64,000 nucleotides of DNA. Origin: Dipteris shenzhenensis (Eukaryota). The notes under the pieces are model-generated. The model was given only the letters and a program-made list of their open reading frames with translations. It had not been told where the DNA came from and did no database searches. Location: NCBI GenBank assembly GCA_047967505.1, contig CM106538.1, one strand, 5' to 3'. Within the stretch, counting starts at the first letter, position 1. Every line of letters starts with the position of its first letter. Positions 52,054-64,000 of this stretch are shown piece by piece. Made by a program: the position numbers and the translations under genes.

Positions 52054-54110
52054 TGTGAAGAGAGTGGGAGAGAAGTAAGGAGACTCACTTGCAGCTTTCT
52101 CACATACACAATGGGGGAATACACACAAAAGGTGGAGCCTGAAAATAGTTTTCCTCTTCTTAGTTGCGAAAGCCAAAAGAACTCTCTCTAAGTACAAAAG
52201 GAATAGGTGAACCCTATATGTGGGTCTCAAACCAAACTCAGCTAACCTAGGTGGCATGCTAACTGAGCCACTAACTAGAATACATAAATATAGCTGTCAT
52301 CCAGCTATTATTCATGGGTGGTGTACCAACCATATCTGCAGCTAACAAGTCGGTGATATAAATGCACAACGGTCACCCTGGCATATCACAAGTGGAGCTC
52401 GATATCTCAACACTCCCCCTCGAGCTCAATCCCAATTCCTGCACACCAAGTAGGTCTCTGAACTTGCGCAGCTTCTCTGTGCCTAATGCCTTTGTGAATA
52501 TGTCAGCTACCTAATCCTCTATGCTGACATAAACTAGATCAATAAAACCTACTAGAACCTTCTCCCCCACATAGTGATAATGCACCTCAATGTGCTTTGT
52601 TCTAGCATGATAGATTGGGTTATTTGCCAAGTCTATACTGCTCATGTTGTCATAATAAATGACAACTAGCCCATCTGTAGACTAATGCATATCATAAAGT
52701 AGCATACGCAACCAAGTTACCTCACATGCAACCATTGCTGCACCCCTGTACTTAGCCTCTGTGCTCGACAAGGCAACTGTAGGCTATTTCTTGTTGCTCC
52801 AAGTGACTGCAGCACTCCCAAAAGAGAACACATATCCACTAGTAGATCGTCTATCAGAAATACTACCAGCCCAATCAGCAGTGTGTATCCATGCAATTGT
52901 ATCTGAACCGTAGTCTCATAAAATAGTCCATACTGCAATGTGGACTTCACGTACCTCAGTATGCATCTAGCCGCATCCAAATGCGATTTCCTTGGAGCCT
53001 GCATAAAATGACTTACCAACCCAATAGCATAGCTCAAATCTGGCTTGGTAATAGCCATATAAATCAAACTTCCTACTATGCGTCTGTACATAGTAGGGTC
53101 TTCTAGAAGCTCACCTGCATCTATGCTCAACTTCACATTTTGCTCCAAAGGAGCTGAAATAGTCTTATAGCCTGTCATCCCATATTTGGACAGCATGTCC
53201 AATCCATACTGCCTCTGCAAGAGCCATATCCCACTTGTGGATCTAATCACCTCAATGCCCCAGAAGTAATGCAGCTCTCCCAAATCCTTCATCTCAAATT
53301 TTTGCTTCAATGCATTTTCACATGAAGGATATCTTCATCACTATCACCTGTGATGATCAAATCATCAACATAAATGACAAGCAGCATAATGCCTTTCTCT
53401 GTTTTTCTCACATAAAGTGAGAAATCTGCCTTGGAAATCTGAAAGTCAATAGTGACAAGATACTGTTCTATCTTGTTAGACCATGCTCTGGGTGCTTGCT
53501 TCAAGCCATACAAGGCTTTCTTCAACCTGCAAACAAACTCAGGATGAACAGCATGGACATAACCTGGTGGCTGCTCCATATAGACCTCTTCTTGCAAATC
53601 ACAATGCAAGAAGGCATTCTTTACATCCATCTGATGTAAAGACCATCCCTTTGATGCAACCATAGCAATGACTGCTCTTACAGTTGCCATCCTTGCAACC
53701 GGACTGAATGTTTCTTCATAATCAATGCCATATGTCTGTGCATACCCCTTGACAACTAATCTTGCCTTGTATCTGTTCACCGAACCATCTGCATTGTGCT
53801 TCACCTTATAAACCCACTTGCAGCCAATTGCATTCTTGTCTTTAGGCAAAGGCACCAATTTCCATGTAGCATTTGCTTCCAAGGCATCCATTTCTTCATC
53901 CATGGCTTTCTCCCATTTTTCTTTTCCCATGGCTTGCTCAAAAGAAGTGGGTTCTGGTTCATGTATGACTTTGACCATATAGGAATAGTGAATGGCTGTA
54001 AATCCATCATATTTCAGCCTATCTACAGGATAACTCTGGTAGACCTGCGCAAAATAGGCTCACTACTAGGTGCTCTCAAAACATCCTAACTCATCATCAA
54101 GGCTCTGTTC
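52054..54110 (-). mobile_element. Copia E 3' half: RT, RNase H, PPT and 359-bp 3' LTR (52054-52412)
   Basis: GCKWVYKVK, YKARLV, QMDVKNAFL, LYGLKQAPRAW, IYVDDLII and TKHIEVHYHY; PPT gagggggag at 52413-52421; LTR TGTTGAG..TTCACA. Confidence 0.95.
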
Positions 54111-54115
54111 TGAGC

Positions 54116-55510
54116 CACATGATATGCCAAGGTGACCGTTGTGCGTTTATGTCATCGACTTGTTAGCTGCACATGCGGTTGGTACACTGCCCATGAATAA
54201 TAGCTGTTGGATGACAGCTATCTTTATGTACTCTAGTTATGGGATACCTTCCGTACAGCTATCAGTAACTCTGCACCTGGTGGAATAATTTCTCATTTGC
54301 AATTTGCGTCTCCAGATTCTGAATCTGCATCTGATTCATGGTCCTGCTGTGAATTCTGTGCAACATCACCATTTTGTCATCTACATCATCAATCACATTT
54401 ATTGGTTTATATCAGCTGCTCATCTCATCAAAAACAACATCTTTCCTTACTGTAAACTTACAAGTAGAAGGGTTATAGCATCTATACCCTTTCTGCTACA
54501 GATGATAACCAATAAAGATGCACTTCTCAGCTTTTGGATCCAACTTGGATCTCAACTCATGCATCAAATTATTTCAAGGTGATTTAGTGATATGAAATCA
54601 AATATTTCATTGACATAGCCAACTTAAAGGTGGCTCCAAAGGCAAGATAAACAAAGAAAATGAAAACTTACAAGGTGACGTTGTGGAAGATCAAAGTCTT
54701 TTGGATTAAATTAAAAATTATATTGGCTTTCACAACTAAGAAGAGGAAAACTATTTTCAGCCTCCACCTTTTGTGTGTATTCACCCATTGTGTATGTGAC
54801 AAGCTACAAGTGAGACTCCTTACTTCTCTCCCACTTTCTTCACATGGAATCAGAGCTCGGTTCGTGGTAAGGAGCTCAAGAAAGCAAACCAAGTTCGTGG
54901 TGTCTTGGTAAGAGGATCAGTGTTGCTTTCTTTTTTCGAGTTTGGGAGCAAATCTCTATAGGTAGCACAGCCGAAAAGTGCAAGAGTGCACTGTCTCAGA
55001 TTGGGAAGCCCTTGGTGACATTATTTTTTTGATTCGAGGCCATTTCGAGGCCCGTTTTGGTGGTGGAAGTTTTCCGCAAGCACTCAGATAAGTGCCCTGT
55101 TTTTGCTGTGCGACCACTGTTCTGCAGGTCTGTGAAAAGTTGCCGTAGAAATTGCATCGTATGCCTATGCGCAGAGATATTGGGAGTGACATAATCATTC
55201 TTATTGCCTCTTGATGCAAAATCATCACTAGGAAGTGACTGTGGTCAAATACCACTTTCGTCAGTTTTGTAGATTTGTCCTTGTGAGGTAGAAGTTGTGT
55301 TTTTTGCAGTGATAGAATATTTTTGCAGTGTTATGTAATGGCGTCTGATGCTCTTTCACAGATAGTCACTGAAAATCTTGACAAGAACAACTTCCAAGCA
55401 TGGAAGTTTAGAATGACGAATTTCCTTAAGGGAAAAGGCTATTGGGAGTTCATTACTAGAGCTAAACAAGAACTAGTTATTCCTAATGTTCCCAATCAAC
55501 AGGAGTTGTA
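54116..55510 (+). mobile_element. Copia E-family 5' part in opposite orientation: interrupted LTR, PBS (54845-54856) and gag start
   Basis: 54116-54240 and 54723-54844 match the 52054-52412 LTR; TGGAATCAGAGC PBS; MASDALSQIVTENLDKNNFQAWKFRM. Confidence 0.85.
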
Positions 55511-55869
55511 GGCATTTATCTGCAAGTCCATTAGTTGTGGGGTATGACTGCATGAATATTGCTACTTTATGCCATGCCCCTACTCTCTTTAAGTACAAAA
55601 GGAATAGGTGAACCCTATATGTGGGTCTCAAACCAAACTCAGCTATCACGGTCATCATCACATCCATGGCCATGATCATCCTCCATACGCTCCATATTAG
55701 TAAATGTACTATACATCACTTTGGAACGTGGCATAATAGGTATGACATGCCACCATCTATTATTATCCACCATTGGTTGATAGACAACCTAATTCAAACA
55801 CAAATACAATCATGTTATTTTTCTTGCATCAAATATTTAAAAGCGAGTATTTTTATATGTATGCACAGT

Positions 55870-58800
55870 ACCTGTTCACATTGTTGCGGTAGTACTAGTG
55901 TGTCCTTCCTACTTTGTCAAAACTTTGTGGAGTCAATAGTTACAAAGCCACTTGCATGGCGTTTGATTGTTGCCTTAGGGCCTCTTTCCACCATGTCCTT
56001 AAACCCCTTTACATCCAAAACATACACAAAGAAGCGTCGAAAGTCAAGCATAATAATATCTTGGATTATGCCACAATAATCATCCATGGCTCCATTGGCT
56101 CCCTCAAAGCTAGCAATGATGCCGCAGTCTTTTGTGTTTCTCTTATCATCAATCTGTTGTGTTCGAAAATGCTTGCCCTCACACCATATAGCATTGAACA
56201 TAGTGCGCTACACCAAGAAAAAATCAATTAAATAAGCAATCTAAATTATTGAAAGCTCATAACTTATGCATAATATTCTATATACCGACCTTGCTCATGC
56301 ATCCCCAAGCATACTCCCATTCTTCCATTGTGATATGCATCCCCTCGTCTTTCTCTGCTTTCTCCATTTCATCAAGTAGCCAATCCACATGAATATCCTT
56401 TGGAAGTGCTCTTAGATACTGAGGATATGGCACACGAGATCTGTGGTGTGTACGAAAGAGGGCCCTTTCTTCTTGTCTTCTTGCCTTTGCATCCTCGTAT
56501 CTTGTCACCCATCTTTTCATCACATCACTATTAAGCACGCAAAAGAGGTTGATACTATTATGCAACTCCGTGTCTATTACTTTGTTGCGTCCTTTGCCTT
56601 GAGGCACAATAGAGGTCATCCTTAGGTCTTCATCATCTCTCCATAGTCGTGGGAGAGAGCCTGCACGTGAAGACCATAAATGAGGAAAAGCATTCGAGTA
56701 ATTGACCCACTAGCATAATTCACCATGTTTGCAAAATAGACTTTAAAGCTTACTTGAGTAATGCATTCAAACTTGCATTGCTCCATCCATAGATGGTTTG
56801 CAAGTTTAGTAACTCAAGGGAAGCACGTAGAACAGAGAATGTGCACCCCTCAAATAGTGGAGTCGATGCTGCAGTAAAAAGATCATCCTACTCCATGCTA
56901 TCATCCTCCCTTGATGGACATATAAATCCCGCACCATATCATCAAACACCTCCTCCTCCACGGCTTCATGAGGTAATGGCGGAGGGCTACTATCACCATC
57001 ACTCCATGCATCCGTAACGGTCCCTCCTGAAGATCCCACCTCATATCGCTGACGCTTCGCCTCCTCACGGCGAGCATAGGGCAACATATGCGGGTGTGGC
57101 ACTGCATCCTGTATCAAATTAAAACGGGATCATAACTCAAACATATGAACACCCATAGGTATCTCAATCAACCTTAACTTACAAACCCTTACCCTGTTTA
57201 CGGTCACATCCCATTCTCCATACTTTGAGATATGATTGAGTGTAATCCTGCATGCAGGATACATGTTTCCTCGACATCGATAACACAGACATTTGATCTT
57301 TTGCTCCAACCACATTTCACGATGGTGGATACAGAGGGATTCATCCTCACTGGAGCTACTTGTTGAAGATGAAGACATCCTACAAACAAACAACCCACCA
57401 AATTTGCTCTTCTTCAAATGTTTAATTTAAACTCTGTGGCACGTCTAAAAGCGCGTCTACAGTCGCATCTAAAGGCGCATCTAAAGGCACATCTACTCTG
57501 TGTATTTAGACGCGCTATCGATGCACCATTAGACGCGATTATAGACGCGGCTTTTAAACCTACTTTTAGCGTGCTCGCTTTGCTTTTCTTCACATTACTT
57601 ATACTTGCGCGTCTAGCCTGTTTGCAGACACAGAAAAACACGCCTATAGACGCGCTATTAGACACGATTATAGATGTACTAATCAAACGCGTCTATAGAC
57701 ACGCTCTGACAGTAAGCCTCTTTTCCCTTCCCCTTTCTTCTCAGCTCATCAGTAATAGATTTTTTTCCTTTTTCAATTCAACATGTGGCCAGGAAGTGCT
57801 TCCAGCTCACCTGATCCCCAGGATTCTATTTGGAAGGACTTATATAACCTTTTAGGGCACCCTCCTAGTCCTGCGGAGTTATACGGGTATATGATGGGTA
57901 CTTTAAACACTCCCCAAGAGTCGGCACTACAGACTCCAAACCACCCCACACCACCTGAGATCACCCCAGCGGAGTCAGCATAGCCGTCTTATGCCCCTTC
58001 CCCCATACCGTCTTATACCCCTTCCCCCATGCCGTCTTATGTCCCTTCTGCCATCCCGTCTTATGCCCCTTCCCCCATGCCGTCAGGAGGTCCTTCTGTC
58101 TCGCAGAGCTGTCGACGTACTCCTGTGCCATCGAGACTCGGTTCTCCAGCTACAAGTGGTCAGCGTAGTCCCGTGGAGTCTCCAGCTACGAGTGGCCAGC
58201 GTACGAGCTCGACACGACAGGGTAGCAGGCGTAGTAGCAAGGAGAGCGGTGGGGGATGCATGGCACAGTGCTTTGGGCCATGTGGCGGTGGGGAGGATGA
58301 TGATTCAGATGATTTAGACGTGCCTCCGAGTGATGGTACGATATTCTATGACCTCACTCAGACAGGAGGCATCTTGATGGATGCGTGGGGGAAGGACATC
58401 ATGGCCTTCATGTGCTCTGTAATTGCTAACAATTACAGAGATTGCTTTATCCACTTCAAAGACCAGCCAAAGAGGTTGGCTAATGAGACCCTCGCTGCAG
58501 TTCGCTCTAGGTATCCTAACCCCCCCAATCGCCAGTTCACAGAGAAATGGGCCAAGTCAAAGATTGTTACGATACTTGGCAATAAAAGATCTTCGCTTAA
58601 GAGGCAGGCACTAGCGGAGCTTGCCAAGCTTGAGGGAGGTCAACCACCAAGGAGCCCGCCCCACACCGCTCACAAGTGTGAGTGGAAGAAATCAATGAAG
58701 TCAGCGAGGGAGGACCCCAGTCTGCAGCACGTGGAGGCACGGAGGATCCAGATGGAGGAATATGGAAGCGCGCATTTTGGAGCAGGGGGTGTTGAATCAT

Positions 58801-59858
58801 GGGAGGCCCAATTTGTAAGTATCGATCTCAAATTATATTGCTTATGTAGTTTATTAGGAGGTTGTTTCTTTGTGCTAATCCCTCCACAAAGTGTGTCGTC
58901 TTGCAGCTTGAGATCGTGGGCAGATACCCTACTCCTGTGGAGACAGCCTACCACCGCCACCATCGCAGAGGAGATACATGGAGGCACTTCTATGATGACG
59001 GGTTGATTATTGAGGAGCAGTATACCCGGGCTACTAGAGCGGCCCCTGAGGTATTTGAAAGTAATTAAATAATGCCGAAATTATAAGTAAAGATTTGATT
59101 TTTCATACATTGATATATGTTGTCCCTTGTTTACAGGCCCGTGCACAAGATGATGAGAAAGACGAGGAAGGAGGCGCAGAAGGGAACGCAGAAGGGAGCG
59201 TGGAAGGGAGCGAGGACCTAGAGAACATAGATTAGTCGTAGAAGTAGTGCTAGCTACTCTTTTTTGTACTTAAAGCCACTAGCTTGGCTTCATGCCTCTT
59301 GTATATACACTCCTCTTATTTTTTGTACTTGAAGCCACATGACGTGGCTTAGCTTCCTTATTTTTTGTACTTGAAGCCACATGACGTGGCTTAGCTTCAT
59401 GCTATATGTATATACAAGCACTTTTTGAGCTTTCAATTTTATTGCGTTTTGGAGTTGTAATGTTTTATTTGGAATTGTAATTAAAATGCGGTTGGCTATA
59501 AGAATTGAATTACACAATGTGGATATGGGATTCTTGTAACTATATAGCATACACAACATACATAGCATTCTGTAAATTTTATATTTAAAAAAATAAAGCA
59601 CGTATATCAGTGCATCTATAAATGCGTTTATAAGCACGTCTGTCTATTTGACCAGCGTCTATTTTTGCATTTATAAACGCGTTTATAAGCGCATCTATTT
59701 AAGCATCTAAGTGCGCGTCTATACACGCATGTGTCTGATATATAGACGCGCTGATAGACGTGGGTCTCCAGACGCGAAAATAGACGTGCCCGCAAGTTTT
59801 TTATTTAGTTCAGTAAACGCGTCTATGTGCACGTCTATGGGTGCTTTGTCTTGTTGTG
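55870..59858. mobile_element. CACTA/En-Spm deletion derivative: TnpD-like fragments (minus), TnpA-like gene (plus, about 57890-59230) and AGACGCG subterminal repeats
   Basis: DUF4216-like DYCGIIQDIIMLDFRRF..SGFVTIDS; KCLCYRC N-terminal motif; tagacgcg/cgcgtcta arrays at 57435-57705 and 59610-59840; right end reads CACAACAAGA on the minus strand. Confidence 0.75.
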
Positions 59859-60849
59859 TACAAAAGTGATGGGCCTTGAACTAGCAAAACATTGACTACA
59901 TTCCTTTTTGGTTTTGCATGTCCACTTATTAGTTTTCTCTGATTATTATACTTTCACTAACAATTGAAACAATATTTACAATCCATTCTTGTCTTATTGT
60001 CTAGATCAAGTGTCCACAAGAGTATGGTGCTTGAAACTTCCATTAGAACAACTTTCAACTCCAAGACAGCTCTACAATTTAATAAGGTAGCTAAAATTTT
60101 GGTTTGAATCTTATTATACATTGAATGAACCATTATGGCTCGTATGTTGCATAGATGCAATTATTACAACAAAGTGTTTTACTCATTATTCTTATTCATT
60201 TAATATTCTTGTCTTAGGAGAGCCACCATTTTGATCATGAAAATATAATAATCTCTATGTCCATATCATGTCATGGAATTGCATGAGATAATCCATTGCA
60301 TGTTTTATTCATCATGTCTCCTTACTGAAATATTTATCCATTCTAATCATTGTAGTTACAACTTCTTATTAAGACATAGTACACATGTAGGTGGATTTTA
60401 CTACCAACTGATGAGTCATCATTGGGGAATGAGGTCTCCCTAAAAAAACCTAGATGAACTTTGTCCGATGCTAGTGTGTTACCTGGGAAGGAGATGAGTG
60501 AAGTAGGTGGGCTGGAGGTGACTGTGAAAAATGTGGAGTTGGCTAAGGCAAGAGCTCGTGCCAAGCTAGGGTTCTTGTGAGGGAGAAGTCTAATCGAGTG
60601 AGTGTTCACTAATGCTTGTCATGATGTGCACCATAGTATGCTAAGGTGCTTGCAAAAAAAATGCAGAGTGGTTCTCCCCTTAGGTTAAAAATGTAGAGTT
60701 GTTCTCCCCTCTACCTGAGGAGGAAGAGAAAAGTATTCTCCAAGCTAAGGTGGTCAGGAGGGTGAAGGAGTTGGAGCACAAAATGCGGCTCAAGGGGAGG
60801 AAAGGCACAGGACAAGTCTGTGAACTCTAGGTGGAGGACATTACCCCGG

Positions 60850-61400
60850 AGTTCGAACGTCTCTCCAAAGATATGCTTTATCTTTTCTTTAGAGGATGTA
60901 CCCCCCTCGATGGATGAGCTCGAACACTTTATGTCCTACGACTGCGAATTACAAAATACCAGCTATGCAGGCCATTTCCTTGGAAAAGGCTTCTTTTTTT
61001 GGTCTAGTGCATCTTTGAAGGCATCCAAAATGAGCTGTTGGGGCACTCATTGCTCTTCTCTAGAGCCTTGGTGTTGGTGGTGCTACGAGTCTTAAGCTGA
61101 GTGCAGACTACTTATTACTACATGACTGCCCAATGTGGATTGAATTTCCATACATCCCACCATGGTTGGATGATAAGGTTGGCAGACTGGCGTTGACCCT
61201 GGGAAAGGTGCTGCACCTCAACTTGCTTGCCAACAAAAAGGAAGAGAGCGTGGATATTATGGGATAGGAAATCCTGAATTTCATCGATATCAAGTTCCTT
61301 GACGATCCAGTGATTGCACTCTAGGTCAAGTTCAACACATTTCCCGATGCATTTCATGTAGGCAAATGTTTTGGGCACTTCGTGAGAAACTGTCTACTCA
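60850..61400 (+). mobile_element. LINE ORF1-like remnant (DUF4283/zinc knuckle)
   Basis: HFLGKGFF and a terminal ..GHFVRNC motif; heavily decayed. Confidence 0.5.
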
Positions 61401-61699
61401 TCAAGGCCGCGAGGAACTTTGGAGGGTGGTGGGATGGAAAGAAAAGGCAAGGTGACCAACCAAAGCCATGAAGACCTACTAATCGACTAGTATGCAAAAG
61501 GCCTCCCAGCTCACTCCTAGCTCAAGCGGGCATGTCAAAAGATGATGGTCGAAGTGTTGGTCTTAAGACGCAGGCATTGTGGATGCAGAGCTACATTCTC
61601 GTGAGAAAGGACATACAAAAAATCTTTTCGAGAAAAGTGCTCCAATACATCAACACAGTCTTTCAAAACATATCAAAGAGGTAGCCATGGGAGGTGAGG

Positions 61700-63400
61700 A
61701 TAATAGGTTCAGTTCTTAACAAAACCAACATGAAAAAATCATCCATCCTCCACTAGCTTTTCAGCCTCATTTCGACCAATGGATGAGTCTATTTCGACCA
61801 GTGGCTCTTGCTACTTCAGCTCATGGTGGCTGATCTTTGTCGCCATCTTCTTTTCCTCCTTCCAACAAAACTGCTGCTCTTTTGGCCTCTTTCACATTTT
61901 GTAGTAGCTCTAGCTGCTTCTTCCACAATAGGCACTTACTTTTTTGGTGTCCCTCCTTCCCATAGAAGAAACACTCTGTAATGGGGTTCGTTGGCCTTTC
62001 ACCTTAATAGGCCCTTCTTGGCTCCTGTTCCACTTTGTGGATGTCCACCGTTCTCTTTTTTTTGTTGTACAAATAGTCTTCGATGTCGTGGGTCAAGTTG
62101 TTGCAGATTTCCCACCATTGGCCAACCAACACTTGTATGACCTTAGATTTTGCATTTGTGGCACTAGGGCTCACCCTTCTCTGGGTTTCCTTGGATGCCC
62201 ACTTCTTTTAGGAGTTTTTTGGTTTTCTTTTTGGGGTACCACCTCTTGTTCTTCTCTTCTTCATCTTTGCTCTTAACTTCTTGAACGGGTGGCTTCTTTT
62301 TCTTTCGAGATTCCATGTTTCTCTTTTCTAATGCAATCATGCCTCATTGGAAAAATTATCTCCATCTTGTGCAACTTCGTTCCCAAGGCAAGTCCACTCA
62401 ACAACCATGACCTTAACATTGTCTTGTCTTGTGCATTGGTATGTTGGTTGGTTTGTTTCCAAGGCAAGGCCACTCAACAACCATGACCTTGACACTATCT
62501 TGTCTTGCCTGTTGGTAAGTTGGTTGGTCAACACCCTCATCTTGGCTACAAAGTCATACACCGTTTTGATTTTCGCGTGGTCGATATTGTTAAGCTTTAC
62601 CAATACGTCTTCCTCATTGGATACATGCTAAAACCTCTTCAGAGACATAGCCTTCAACTCATCCCATGTGGTGAAGTGCCCATCGAAAATTCTTGGTCAT
62701 ACTATTCGATGGCCTTGCAGGTGAACGTGTACAATAAGTACTCCTGAGTGATCGCAAAAGTTCTTAAGAAATTTTGAACATGAGAATGGAGATGCTCTCC
62801 CTCGCTCCCTTTTAAGTTTGGAAACTTGATCCTTACTATCGACTCCTCGGTGTGAGCTGTTTGGTGACGTTGAGAATCAGTCCCCTCTCTCATCTCGCTT
62901 GGATCGATTGCCACCACTACCTTCCTCTTTGTTTCCGTCACATCTTCCCTTCCGTCTTTCATCTTGGTATTCTTCTCCTATCTCCTTGTTGTTGTTGTAG
63001 GCGTACCTCCACCGACTTCTTGCTCTTGCGTTTGGTCTCCATTAGCTTTTCTAGTGCACTCAAATTATACTCCCTAGTAGGACCACCAAATGTTAATGCC
63101 AAAATGCTAACTCCGAACTCCTAACATTACTACGCATTATCAAGTCAATTGGTTGTCCCATGAGCCCTTTGTTCGTCTAGGTGGCAGCACGGTTGCCTTT
63201 TCCAGATAATCAGAGAGGTGACTGAATGCGAGACAAATGGTGAAAACATGCTGCTATGTTGAGTATTAAATAGTGAAGAAGGAAAGATAGAGAAATGGTG
63301 CAAAGATGGACGTTTGCTTAAGGAAATGGGGATCCAAATGTCTAGATACAATAGCACACTGCCTACCCTCACACACATCAAAGAGAGGGAGTTACCAAGT
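61700..63400 (-). mobile_element. Gypsy-type LTR end, PBS and gag remnant
   Basis: ..TTAACA followed by TGGTGGTCCTAC (PBS-like, about 63075-63088); IKFPNLKGSEGE..HVQNF; TVYDFVAKMRVL. Confidence 0.65.
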
Positions 63401-64000
63401 CTCATAAAAAAATCAATCTCAATTTTCTTTGTTAGTAATTTTCATTTTTTTTGGGAAGAATTCAAGCATAGATTATGTATTCAAAAGAAAATCTTATATG
63501 AAAGTATATGTTTGTACAAGGTGTAACTAACTTAGCAAAACTAGCCTTTTCTTACATTTGTTTAAGATGACAAGAATACAACAATAATTGAGTATTGCAC
63601 CAATTATTACTTTCAGATGATCCACAACCATGTAAAATTTGACACATCAATGCAACGAGCAATGAGAGCATACATACACTAGTTTTAACCAAAAACAAAA
63701 AACTCATAAAGGAGGTTGTACGATGAGAGTGCACATAAACTCATTTTAAGAAAATAAAACTCAACATGAAGGTTACATCTCAAAGCAAAGCAATGTATTC
63801 ATTAAAAAAAGGGGTCGCGAGACTAGCATAAGAAATTCAATGAAGCTTAATGAAAGTCACGAATTGCAGACAAATTCCTTTTAAAACTTTGCGAAATGCT
63901 TACTGCGATACATCATAAGGGGGTGTGTGGTTTTAAAACACGAGTTGATTGGCGATGTGGTGCAACTAAATCTAACCTACAAAACGCACAACGCTCTAAT

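Overview
Repeat-dense land-plant genomic DNA. TTTAGGG repeats, a spliced plant-type Vps55 gene and pervasive CAG>TAG/CGA>TGA decay point to a heavily methylated genome; a fern or other non-seed plant is my inference only. One intact host gene is visible (Vps55/LEPROT family, 42174-43040). The rest is nested, mostly decayed mobile DNA: several Copia elements, Gypsy and LINE remnants, a CACTA derivative, and three DNA transposons of types unusual for plants. Headline: a spliced RAG1-core/Transib-like transposase pseudogene (15270-18157, minus) is followed about 280 bp downstream, on the same strand, by a divergent histone H3-like gene (13907-14988). That gene starts MARVKQTARP (K4 kept, K9 absent), has an approximately 250-aa tail and ends in a complete H3 histone fold; the ORF track misses it because of stops and a frameshift. 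Also notable is a 13,078-bp Sola2-like transposon with 29-bp TIRs and a TTAA duplication that splits a Copia gag in frame. It carries a RING-H2 gene, an array of 18-bp palindromes, and a satellite whose spacer slot switches between telomere repeats and a fixed 50-mer. A DUF7869-type transposon carries a 104-bp hairpin satellite. All family assignments come from motif recognition by eye; no searches were run.
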